In this document: positions 1 through 7,762 of the stretch, piece by piece
How the letters are laid out: every line of letters begins with the position of its first letter
Position numbering within the stretch: the stretch's first letter is position 1
Origin: Synechococcus sp. A15-28
GTDB lineage: Bacteria; Cyanobacteriota; Cyanobacteriia; PCC-6307; Cyanobiaceae
Direction of reading: 5' to 3'
Assembly (NCBI RefSeq): GCF_014280175.1
Contig: NZ_CP047931.1
Span: forward strand, 390,001 to 422,000
Length of the DNA: 32,000 bases
Position numbers and translations under genes: made by a program
The notes under the pieces: model-generated
Databases searched by the model: none
Told to the model about the DNA's origin: nothing
What the model saw: the letters and a program-made list of their open reading frames with translations, nothing else

Positions 1-51
1 TCCTATTCAGGCTGACCTGATCGTGAATCGCCTTCCACAAGATCTTATTAT

Positions 52-606
52 TTAGAATGTGCAGAAGGGACTAGTCTGCATATCCCACAATGCATCAAGC
101 CCGCAATCAAAGCTATTCTCGGGATCAAACAATCTAGAATAACTTTGCCCGCGATATCCATAGTTATAATCGCCATAGCTGGTACTAGAAGAATCAGATG
201 ACGTAGATTCATCTGAACCTTGATATGATTCTCCTAAATCTCTATCACTGGAATTAGAAAATAGGAAGTCACTTGAATCAATATTTGACAAATTGCTAAG
301 ACGAGCAATTACGCCACCTTTCTTTCCAAACCCTTTGCCAGCTCCATTGCGATTCCTATAGAGAAAACCCTTCTTTTGATCAAAAATTAAATCAACATCA
401 TGTGTTGAATGAACCTTTCTTGCGTCTTTTCTGTTTTTAGCAAAGTGAATTGTTGTATCACCATCAAAGCTATAACTGATTAATTCAATTTTATTCGTAC
501 CCTTCGAAAAGAGTGACAGATTATATTCTAAATATTTAGCTTTTTTGTTGCGACCTTGAAGAAAGATCTGGAAATTGTCGTCATTGTTGAGTGAAGGTTC
601 TTTCAT
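52..606 (-). CDS. Hypothetical exoprotein-like protein with a KKGxLY...NG..KGFG...GG module and a Ser/Asp/Tyr/Gly-rich tail
   Basis: ATG at 606 is the internal Met of the 52..774 ORF. The segment is AT-rich. The stretch DLIFDQKKGFLYRNRNGAGKGFGKKGGVIARL resembles the C-terminal module of the 10471..11562 protease (DFVYFEKKGRLYFDGNGSDKNWGNSDEGGLVAIL). No family assignment is possible by eye. Confidence 0.55.
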   Translation of the reverse strand: MKEPSLNNDDNFQIFLQGRNKKAKYLEYNLSLFSKGTNKIELISYSFDGDTTIHFAKNRKDARKVHSTHDVDLIFDQKKGFLYRNRNGAGKGFGKKGGVIARLSNLSNIDSSDFLFSNSSDRDLGESYQGSDESTSSDSSSTSYGDYNYGYRGQSYSRLFDPENSFDCGLDALWDMQTSPFCTF

Positions 607-701
607 GAGAATGCAATACCTAACATTATAATGGCTAAGTACCGTCAAAAATGTGGATCTAGAACGCAAGTCGTTCAGAGACGCGCCCGATACCGATACC
701 G

Positions 702-893
702 ATGCCGAACATCCTTGATCACGTCTCACTAGCACCAGTCCTTGAAGTAGACGCCTGGCCACGCTCAGCATCACGCAAGGAATGGTTCGCCATCACAAGG
801 GGCATCATTCAAGACACCATCGCTGACATGAACCTCGATGCTGCTGCGGAAGCAGAAGTGATCGAAGCCTTCACTGGTGCAGAGCTGTTGTGA
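702..893 (+). CDS. Hypothetical small acidic protein (63 aa)
   Basis: ATG-initiated ORF that begins where GC content rises. It is convergent with the small ORF at 913..1014. No recognisable motif. Confidence 0.35.
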   Translation: MPNILDHVSLAPVLEVDAWPRSASRKEWFAITRGIIQDTIADMNLDAAAEAEVIEAFTGAELL

Positions 894-912
894 ATGATCA
901 GGAGCTGACTAA

Positions 913-1014
913 CTAATGGTCGTGCAGCAGCAGCTCAAGCTCTCCATAGAAGAGAGCCATAGCGCCAACGATGGCAACGCACAGGGTGGTGGTGAGAAGC
1001 AGTTCGTTGAGCAT
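913..1014 (-). CDS. Small hydrophobic peptide (33 aa, one predicted TM helix)
   Basis: Below the ORF-track cutoff and translated by hand as MLNELLLTTTLCVAIVGAMALFYGELELLLHDH. A strong SD, AAGGAGGA (complement of 1019..1026), lies 4 nt upstream of the ATG at 1014. The stop TAG is at 913..915. Confidence 0.45.
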   Translation of the reverse strand: MLNELLLTTTLCVAIVGAMALFYGELELLLHDH

Positions 1015-1334
1015 CTTTTCCTCCTTGTCGCTGTCCTTGGTCTAAGACAAATAGTCAGCAATTGTAGCTATTGTTACAAGTCAGAATGGAGTGAAAACCG
1101 GCCAGCAAGACCGATAGGCTCAAATCCGTCGCAGCGCAGTCAACCTCAGCGATTTGCACCCCTACAAGCGCCGGGTAACATCAGCCACCTGACCAGACAA
1201 ATGCTTCAAGCCGCACCAAAATCAACTGCGATCCTCCACCAATCTTTTACGTGATCTGAATAAACCGTCACGCCAAACAGCAAGGGCACTCAGAGGCTTG
1301 AGTAGTTTCGTCAGCACGATTGTGGATACAGGAA

Positions 1335-1442
1335 TCATTGATCGTCGCTCCACAACCTGGACGCGGCAAAACGCCAAGCGACGATTGAACTTGCAGAGGC
1401 ACCGAAAGCAAGAAATGCGATCAGCATCTGGGAAGTATTCAT
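1335..1442 (-). CDS. Small hydrophobic peptide (35 aa)
   Basis: Hand translation gives MNTSQMLIAFLAFGASASSIVAWRFAASRLWSDDQ. No clear SD. It shares an upstream 13-mer containing the palindrome TTGTNACAA with the 913..1014 ORF, at similar spacing. Confidence 0.3.
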   Translation of the reverse strand: MNTSQMLIAFLAFGASASSIVAWRFAASRLWSDDQ

Positions 1443-1584
1443 GGGTAATCTGAAGATGAAGCTTTTTTAGCTACTCACTAACGACTGGCGCTGTTGTTAC
1501 AAACTAGGAGCAGCAACCACTGGTTACGAAACTCCCGTGTCATCACCACTAAGTAGCTGACCCAATAAATCTCTTCTTAACACC

Positions 1585-1965
1585 ATGGCAATCACTACAC
1601 GCCAACAACGCCAGCAACGTCGTAACGAGGCTCTACAGCTGATCAGCAGTGGTGTTCCACCAACTGATGCTGCGTCTCAGCTGACTGTGAAGTGGGGGTG
1701 CAGCAGGCGAACGAGTCTGCGTGACATAGAAATTGCGCAGAGTGACCTAGCGAACGCCTTGGACTCGGTTGAGCTTCAGCAGATGGTGGGTTGGCTAGCG
1801 ACGAAATATCAACGGCTAGCCGCGAAAGCCGAACGCGATGGTCAGCAAGCCTCAGCTGTTGGTGCGCTGAACGCGTTGCGAGCAATGGTTGTGCAACCGC
1901 AACTGGATGCGCAGTTTGCATCTCACTTCCGTGGCCGGTTTACGCACCATTCCTACCGGCGGTGA
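1585..1965 (+). CDS. Hypothetical protein with an N-terminal HTH-like segment
   Basis: ATG start. The N-terminus RRNEALQLISSGVPPTDAASQLTVKWGCSRRTSLRDIE has the pattern of a resolvase/Hin-type helix-turn-helix. The rest is Ala/Gln-rich and helical. Confidence 0.5.
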   Translation: MAITTRQQRQQRRNEALQLISSGVPPTDAASQLTVKWGCSRRTSLRDIEIAQSDLANALDSVELQQMVGWLATKYQRLAAKAERDGQQASAVGALNALRAMVVQPQLDAQFASHFRGRFTHHSYRR

Positions 1966-2294
1966 CATGGCAATGTTCGGGGCTTGCTCAATGCCCCATG
2001 GATCACAAGGATTTTTGCCTCACCTGTCTGGTTACGTTGGCGGCCATCAACACGTTGCTGAATGTGCGCGCTCTTCGAAGACGCTGAGCAGCGGCAAAGG
2101 AGCAAAGGCCCGTGTGCCAGTCCCACTCCGATCTCATTAGCTGGCTGAGTCTCAAGATTGCAGGACTCCATTTGGACGCGGCGAAGGCTGTCTCGTCGCG
2201 ACCCATTCCCATCTCAGCAGTGGGGATAACAAGCCGCACGGCCCGAGTCTCACCGGATCAGTTGAACTGTCCTGCGTCACTGTGTTTGTGGCCG

Positions 2295-2456
2295 TTACGC
2301 AGCACTGTCTCCCATCAGTTCTGAGACGCTGGGCATCGGGTCTGGCTTGCCATCGGCAATGGCTCGAGCGCGGAGGTAGAACCAACTTTCCGTGTCGCCC
2401 TTGGCTTCCATGCTTTCGGCGATGGTCTGCCAGTTGTTGATTTCGGCTTGGTCCAT
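2295..2456 (-). CDS. Small conserved hypothetical protein (53 aa), paralog of 9944..10108
   Basis: Hand translation gives MDQAEINNWQTIAESMEAKGDTESWFYLRARAIADGKPDPMPSVSELMGDSAA. It aligns along its length with MSTEVRNWAIVAKAMEAAGATSSQMYVRAKALAQGKLDPMP... at 9944..10108. Confidence 0.55.
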   Translation of the reverse strand: MDQAEINNWQTIAESMEAKGDTESWFYLRARAIADGKPDPMPSVSELMGDSAA

Positions 2457-2788
2457 AGGGGGTGTGTCTTTGAAAAGATCCCCGGGCTCTTACCCCCGGG
2501 ACTGTTGTCCGTCTTCTCGCAGCTCCGTAAGAGACGGCAGAAAACTAAAAACCTTGATCTGGACCTGTCGGTTCGGATGACCGACGCCAAGCCTTGTCGT
2601 TGCATTTCCTGCTACAGAAAATCTTTGGCCGCCCAAGCTTTTTGGCCTCACTTAGCACGCCGCACTCATCGCACAGCTTCATGCCATTCACCAATTGCCG
2701 AGGCTATCGACACAAATGGCACCAATACCGACGTTGAGGCAACTTAAGACCCTTGCATGGAACGCCCAAAGTGGTCGACGCCTAGCCC

Positions 2789-3010
2789 TTAGGAGTGACC
2801 TGCTTCTAGGACCAACACTTGAGCCATTCTCTTTTCCTCAGCAGTGAGAAAATCGGCCCACATGCCAATGAGGAAGCTGAGAGTCGCTAAGGCCTGTATC
2901 TGCTCTTTCGAGCCAGGGTGGGTGTATTTGAAGTCCATAAACATGCGGTCAGCGGCTGATCGCTGTTCTTGGCATCGGGCATCAATAGACATGGGCAGGC
3001 CTTGACTCAT
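2789..3010 (-). CDS. Hypothetical protein (73 aa)
   Basis: Clean ATG ORF with balanced composition. The 10-bp palindrome ATTACGTAAT lies about 25-35 nt upstream. Confidence 0.45.
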   Translation of the reverse strand: MSQGLPMSIDARCQEQRSAADRMFMDFKYTHPGSKEQIQALATLSFLIGMWADFLTAEEKRMAQVLVLEAGHS

Positions 3011-3547
3011 GCCATTACTTTACAAGTATTCGTTACATTACGTAATGGACTTGGGGTAGGTGAGGAATTCCTGGCAAAAGTTGCAGCCCAAGCCGTTGCG
3101 GAGGCAACATACTTATGTAGCTACCGCTACCAAGCGTTCACCTCACTTATTCGAGGCGCAGCTCGATCCAAGCCATGGAACGGGGGCTTGGGCTCTGCAG
3201 AAGCTGTGTGATGACTTCTTTGTATTGGAACGGTTTAGCATTCGCACCAATTAACAAGACCGCTGCAAAAAAAGAGGCAGTTGTTCTGCGTCTTGAGACT
3301 GCCCTCATGGCGCCTGACGCCACCCCTTCTCCGAAATACCGCGGCATCAGCTATCTGCGGCAAAACGGGTTCGCTACAAAGCTCTGATCGTTTCAACGAT
3401 CCATGGGGAAACGGCCCCGCGTTGGACTCCTAAAAATCTTTTGCGAATCAAGTGCTTCTTCCCCCGAGTTCAAGGCCTCAGGAGTCAAGCCAGTCCTGAC
3501 TCGATCATTGCTAGGACTTCTTAACAAGACCTACGAACTTAAGAGAG

Positions 3548-3865
3548 GTGAGCACCAACAAAAAACGTTTGCCTGGGTTGCTCATTGCTCCTTTGCTGAT
3601 AGCGGTCTCCTTGCCTATGGCCAGCTCTACAGCAGATGCAGCAAGAGGCGGCCGAATTGGAGGAAGCAGTTTTAGAAAATTCTCTAGGCCAAATTATGGA
3701 GGAGGGCTACGGCGTGGAGGTGGTTATACAAGAAGCTACAGGAGAGGAAGATTTGGCTTTCCATTTATAATTCCAATTCTTGGATTCGGAGGCGGAGGTA
3801 GTTTATTTAGCCTGCTTATCTTGATTGCATTTCTAGGAGTTTTTTTAAATGCAAGAAGATATTAA
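3548..3865 (+). CDS. Signal-peptide, Gly/Arg-rich membrane protein (resembles the N-terminal part of the DUF1517 family)
   Basis: GTG start preceded by AAGAGAGG. The protein has an N-terminal signal (LLIAPLLIAVSLPMASS), then GGRIGGSSF...GGGLRRGGGYTRSYRRGRFGFPF, then a C-terminal TM (LFSLLILIAFLGVFL). Confidence 0.6.
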   Translation: MSTNKKRLPGLLIAPLLIAVSLPMASSTADAARGGRIGGSSFRKFSRPNYGGGLRRGGGYTRSYRRGRFGFPFIIPILGFGGGGSLFSLLILIAFLGVFLNARRY

Positions 3866-4058
3866 GTACTACATTAGCACGCTCACGCAGTATCCACAGC
3901 TCGTAAAGCTCGGTGTATTAACAGCTTTTGCGCTGCTGGGTCGTTGGTTGTTCTTCACTGGAAGCCAGCTAGCAATTGTGCTTGGCTGCTTGATCTACGT
4001 TGGCGTAGCTGTCTACTTGGCATTGTGTGTGGTGAGATATTTTGCAAAGCGCCGATAG
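3849..4058 (+). CDS. Small two-TM membrane protein
   Basis: The ATG overlaps the 3' end of the upstream gene by 17 nt. There are two hydrophobic helices and a basic C-terminus. Confidence 0.5.
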   Translation: MQEDIKYYISTLTQYPQLVKLGVLTAFALLGRWLFFTGSQLAIVLGCLIYVGVAVYLALCVVRYFAKRR

Positions 4059-4074
4059 TGGACTTGTACGGTAC

Positions 4075-4278
4075 TCAGATGAGGCAGTAAGCCTTCAACA
4101 CCTGAACACGGATACCTCCAAGCTTTTGCCATGATTCCAGTGCTTCCTTTTTTGACTGAAAAGGCAGCCAGTCGTCTTCTTCTATGCGGCGTTTGATGTG
4201 AGCCGCGACTCTTTTGGCTACTACCGCGTCGCTTTTAAAGCGTACGCTTATTGTGCTGCCGTTAATTGTCAACTTCAT
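4075..4278 (-). CDS. Hypothetical protein (67 aa)
   Basis: ATG ORF of plausible composition with no recognised motif. Confidence 0.4.
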   Translation of the reverse strand: MKLTINGSTISVRFKSDAVVAKRVAAHIKRRIEEDDWLPFQSKKEALESWQKLGGIRVQVLKAYCLI

Positions 4279-4381
4279 CAGTGAATCAAGAGTGTCGTCT
4301 GTTAGGCGCTGACAGCTGTTGTTGCTGCATCTGTCCTACCAGAAGTTGGATAAATTCAAGAGTTAGGTTGGGATTGAGTGG

Positions 4382-4585
4382 CTAGAGCTCTCGAGCCTGG
4401 CGAAAGGCCGTTGAGTAAGGGAAGAGAAATCCCGTCTCAAAGGCGTCTAACTCTTGCTCTGCAGAATAAAGGCTCCTTGTGAAGCGGCAATGGTTTTCAC
4501 AGTCGCATACCAAGAAATGGCCGTCATCTGTCCTTTGGATGGTGGCACCATGAGGAGTCTCAACTATGAAGTCAGATTTCGCCAT
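4382..4585 (-). CDS. Hypothetical Cys/His-containing small protein (67 aa)
   Basis: The second Met (MAKSDF...) is preferred as the start. Contains CDCENHC. No recognised family. Confidence 0.45.
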   Translation of the reverse strand: MAKSDFIVETPHGATIQRTDDGHFLVCDCENHCRFTRSLYSAEQELDAFETGFLFPYSTAFRQAREL

Positions 4586-4832
4586 GCTGATGTATCGCGA
4601 CAACCTTGTAATGGCCCTGGTCGTACTTAGGTTGGCGTAGCTGACAACACCGATCTAGAAATCAGCTCGCTCCCATACCCGCCTTAGGTGCATACGGTGC
4701 TGCTGTTGCTGGCATGAACCAGATTTACCAAGCGGTGCTGTCACGCGAGCTGGACAGTATTCACAGCAATCGGCATCGGGGATACGGCAGCGCCACGGCA
4801 ACATCCTGCGCTGAGGCGGTAGGGCGAGAGCC

Positions 4833-5027
4833 TTAGAAGCAGCCCTCTGTCTTCAAATCAGCGGTCACCTTCAACAGATCCTGTGAAGGAGCAGGATCAG
4901 AGACGGCATCTCTGAGGCGCTCCTCTACACGAGCCTTAGCGCGGAACATGGCATCGCATCTCAGGTAATCAACCGGAGTGGTGCAGGCGCTGAGCAGAAG
5001 CGGCAGGATCAGGACAAGTCGTTTCAT
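4833..5027 (-). CDS. Small lipoprotein
   Basis: MKRLVLILPLLLSAC is a type II signal peptide with the lipobox LSAC. Confidence 0.6.
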   Translation of the reverse strand: MKRLVLILPLLLSACTTPVDYLRCDAMFRAKARVEERLRDAVSDPAPSQDLLKVTADLKTEGCF

Positions 5028-5051
5028 GCCATCAGTGTCGCGTCAACCGCG

Positions 5052-5435
5052 TTGATCGCACCAGTGGCAGCTCTTACTCCATTGCCAGCTCTTGCGGGGC
5101 TCTCTGACCCAGGTGTGGTTTTCCGCAGTGCTTGCAGCCATGGCTCCTATCTCTTCGAAGTCAGAATTAATGGTGTGAAAAACAAGAATCCCCAAACCTA
5201 CAGACCACGTGGCCACAGATGGCTGGTGAATGTTGACCAGCACAAGGTCGTTGAGTTCAAGCCTGAAGAGCCAACAGCAGATGGTCAGTGGGTGACACTG
5301 CGCACCTTTTACTGGCGCCCGCCTGATTCCCCGATTCCTGCGACGCGTCGACGGATGGCTAGACACAAGGCCATTGAGGCTTGGGAGATAATGGTCAAAA
5401 CCGGATGGCGGCGATGTTCACCGCCTGTCAGATAA
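5052..5435 (+). CDS. DUF1651-like protein (family typical of marine Synechococcus/Prochlorococcus)
   Basis: The C-terminal pattern ARHKAIEAWEIMVKTGWRRCSPPV matches my recollection of the DUF1651 signature (W..l...GWrr..P). The start is uncertain: TTG at 5052 lies only 24 nt from the divergent lipoprotein start, and GTG at 5115 is an alternative. Confidence 0.5.
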   Translation: MIAPVAALTPLPALAGLSDPGVVFRSACSHGSYLFEVRINGVKNKNPQTYRPRGHRWLVNVDQHKVVEFKPEEPTADGQWVTLRTFYWRPPDSPIPATRRRMARHKAIEAWEIMVKTGWRRCSPPVR

Positions 5436-5485
5436 GCAGACACCTGCCTAAATCCATGGAAGACTCAGGCACCGCCTGAGAGCCA

Positions 5486-5875
5486 ATGGCCAGTTTCGAC
5501 AAGTCCACACCCTTCATGTTGCTGGCGCGAATGCACGTCAAGCCAGATTGTGTTGACCAATATCTGGAGCTTGCCCGCATCACCGACGCAGCTGTTCAGG
5601 CGACTGAGCCGGGCATGATTCACCACACCTTTGATCAGGACCCAGACGATCCCTTGGCTTTTGTGTGGTCTGAGGTTTACGCCAACGATGAGGCGTTTAG
5701 CGCCCACGTCTCTAACCCACCTGTTCAGGAGTACATGCAGAAACATGCTGAGCTTGGAGATGGCTTCAGCGTTGAGGTCTACGGCACTGTTGGTGATGAG
5801 TGTCGGCAACTGATGGAGTCGTTCGGCCTCCCGCTCAAGTTCTTTCAAACCAAGCTTGGTTACAGCAGGGTTTAG
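5486..5875 (+). CDS. Antibiotic-biosynthesis-monooxygenase (ABM/Dabb) domain protein
   Basis: FMLLARMHVKPDCVDQYLELA...EPGMIHHTFDQDPDDPLAFVWSEVYANDEAFSAHVSNPPVQEYM fits the ABM ferredoxin-like fold pattern. Confidence 0.7.
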   Translation: MASFDKSTPFMLLARMHVKPDCVDQYLELARITDAAVQATEPGMIHHTFDQDPDDPLAFVWSEVYANDEAFSAHVSNPPVQEYMQKHAELGDGFSVEVYGTVGDECRQLMESFGLPLKFFQTKLGYSRV

Positions 5876-5954
5876 GGGGGCTGGAGACGCTGCCTGATGA
5901 AATCGACTTACAGCACTGCAAGGAAATGCAGCAGAGGTGCGTACTGCGGGACTG

Positions 5955-6075
5955 CCCTGACGGCGTGCTGGGAAGGCTTTGGCGCTGGGTTAGTCGTTAG
6001 GTCTGCAGCGGGGAACACTTCAGGCAGTCACGTCTGACCAATGACCCAAGACACTCGCATTGCCCTGTTCCTACT
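5955..6075 (+). repeat. Composite intergenic repeat, copy 1 (unit R1 5955..5988 plus unit R2 6006..6075)
   Basis: R1 is ccctgacggcgtgctgggaaggctttggcgctgg and recurs at 6803..6836. R2 is cagcggggaacacttcaggcagtcacgtctgaccaatg... and recurs near-identically at 10321..10390. A diverged R2 copy is at 8620..8712. Confidence 0.8.
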
Positions 6076-6378
6076 GGCTGAACCTATTGCAGAACTGCAA
6101 GCCAACAACCCTGACACCTTCAAGCGGTGACTGTATCGCGGCATTCAAGACCTAGGAGAAGCTGCCGTGACTTAGATGCTGCTGGATTGGATTGACCTGT
6201 TCATCACACGAGTCGAGAGGGACAGGATGGTGGCTTGGCACCTGTGAGTGAGCCTTTGAATTTTCTTGGGAGACCAGCGCAGTTCTTTTTGACAGTCAGG
6301 TTCCATGTTTAATTGCACACAACTTGCTGTTCTCAAGTTCAGCTATGGCTACCTTAGGAAAAATTTTTCTACAGACCT

Positions 6379-6696
6379 TTGCAGCACTACCTCATCGTTT
6401 GGAACTTCCCTACCGTTGAAGGATCCTGGGAGTCATGCCCAGGTTTTGCCGATTACATCAATGCAGGAGCACCTGGCGACAACTTCGACGGATTTGAATT
6501 GAAGTACCGAGTATGTGAACCAGTCAGCGGCAGCGGTGTGGCAATCGCTGAAGCAAGCGATATCGGTAAAGTGTGGGCTCATCTTGGCCCTTGGATTAAG
6601 GGCTACGGAATAGAGTTTGACGTAAAAGCTGTCGTTTCTGATTCTCAGTTTGCTGCCATGTGGCCTGGCGTAGAAGCCGCTGCGGCTGTGGAATAA
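6379..6696 (+). CDS. DUF3303-like small protein
   Basis: TTG start. The overall pattern (VAIAEASDIGKVWAHLGPWIKGYGIEFDVKAVVSD) resembles the DUF3303 family. The gene is followed by a terminator. Confidence 0.55.
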   Translation: MQHYLIVWNFPTVEGSWESCPGFADYINAGAPGDNFDGFELKYRVCEPVSGSGVAIAEASDIGKVWAHLGPWIKGYGIEFDVKAVVSDSQFAAMWPGVEAAAAVE

Positions 6697-6740
6697 AGAG
6701 CCTCAGTCTCCAATCCATCTTCCGAGAAAACACTCACCAG

Positions 6741-6766
6741 CCCCGTCAGCATTGGCGTGTTTTTTT
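6741..6766 (+). terminator. Putative intrinsic terminator (part of repeat unit R3, copy a)
   Basis: The hairpin ccccgtcagcattggcgtg is imperfect and is followed by a 7-T run. It is homologous to the terminator at 11588..11612. Confidence 0.4.
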
Positions 6767-6850
6767 GCCTCCTGCGCTTAGCATGCCTGCCCATTGCATT
6801 CGCCCTGACGGTGTGCTGGGAAGGTTCTGGCGGTGGTTGCGTGAGTGAGC
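6741..6850 (+). repeat. Composite intergenic repeat, copy 2 (R3 6741..6782, R1 6803..6836, gtgagtgagc 6841..6850)
   Basis: R3 (terminator plus tgcctcctgcgcttagc) matches 11588..11631. R1 matches 5955..5988. gtgagtgagc also occurs at 6244..6253. Confidence 0.8.
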
Positions 6851-7348
6851 TGATATTTCTGCGGCAGAATCAGTTCGACTGCTGTCGAGCGCATGAAACG
6901 TCTGCTCTGCTACTACCAGTTTTGTTGAGCTCAGTCGCCTGTCTATCCGCGAAAGCTCAGTTAAGTTCATATCATTTTTATTTATCTCATAATGCGATCC
7001 ATTACTGCCTTTACCAAGAAGGTTATTACTCCGTTGATGAGTACATCTCCGAGGTGACGTCATTTGTAGAAAAGACTGATATATCTCACAGGCAGGCTGC
7101 TAACTTTATCGAAAGGCCTTCTTTTAAGTCAGATCGAAAACATCTTATTAAACAAATGGGTGGCTGCAAATTTGTTGCAAGATCATGGAACAAAACATCA
7201 TTGCAGCAAGGACGTTGAGCACAAGTGCAATATTTAGGGAAGTGGCTATAGCTACGTAGTCGCAAGGGACAGGTCAGTGGTGATTTCACAGCACATAATT
7301 TTTGCCGAGCTAATGTATGTCAGCATCCTTGTCTAGTTATCTAGCGTA

Positions 7349-7762
7349 ATGAAGCACCCTTCTAGCCAAGCTGCTCTCTGTGAATATTTTGTCGAACGCG
7401 GTGAAAACTATTGGACTAATATTCCAGATGCAGCCTTTGCGACTTATATCACATTTACTTTATTAGCCAATCACCTTTACGTTGATGATGAAGTTGAGGT
7501 CGTTTCTGAACATGGCGAGGAGCGAACTCTGCCTTGGCATGAAGTGCAGAAAGCTATTTGTGATAAACTTCAAACTCCAGATGGTTTGGTAAGGACAATA
7601 ATTGATCTGATTTCTGATGTTGAGGAAGACGATGTGCTTGGTATTGGAGATGACGACCACCCTTATAAAACAAGGGATGAATTTTTTGGTGATATTAACT
7701 GGGAAAAGCTAGCTGACAGTTCAAAAATGTGTTGGCTGTTAGTTTGTATGAACTCAAAGTAA
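7349..7762 (+). CDS. Hypothetical acidic protein (137 aa)
   Basis: ATG ORF in an AT-rich segment with coherent composition. No recognised motif. Confidence 0.5.
   Translation: MKHPSSQAALCEYFVERGENYWTNIPDAAFATYITFTLLANHLYVDDEVEVVSEHGEERTLPWHEVQKAICDKLQTPDGLVRTIIDLISDVEEDDVLGIGDDDHPYKTRDEFFGDINWEKLADSSKMCWLLVCMNSK

Noticed and set aside
916-1254. 112-aa plus-strand ORF.
   Set aside because: It has odd composition and no start context. The opposite strand holds a mini-ORF with a near-perfect SD (913..1014).
2480-2500. ccccggg...cccggg GC hairpin followed by a TTTT run on the minus strand, a possible terminator.
   Set aside because: It sits only about 20 nt upstream of the 2456 start and about 285 nt from the nearest upstream minus-strand gene. 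Its role (terminator or 5' leader structure) cannot be decided from sequence alone.
1643-2747. Stack of mutually overlapping 60-100-aa ORFs in all frames.
   Set aside because: No frame stands out. Only 1585..1965 (plus strand) and the hand-found 2295..2456 (minus strand) have supporting features. The rest are probably non-coding or decayed.
3307-3387. SPKYRGISYLRQNG, which resembles the start of an AP2/HNH-associated DNA-binding domain.
   Set aside because: Only about 15 residues match before a stop codon, and the conserved Trp is missing. At best this is a gene fragment.
5043-5848. Minus-strand ORFs 5043..5366 and 5465..5848.
   Set aside because: They are antisense to the DUF1651-like and ABM genes, whose frames carry family-typical motifs.
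6746-7289. ORFs 6757..7218 (plus strand), 6746..7063 (minus strand) and 7086..7289 (minus strand).
   Set aside because: The first two run straight through the R3/R1 repeat and terminator, and they overlap each other. The AT-rich part 6960..7218 might hide a short real gene, but no convincing start codon is present.
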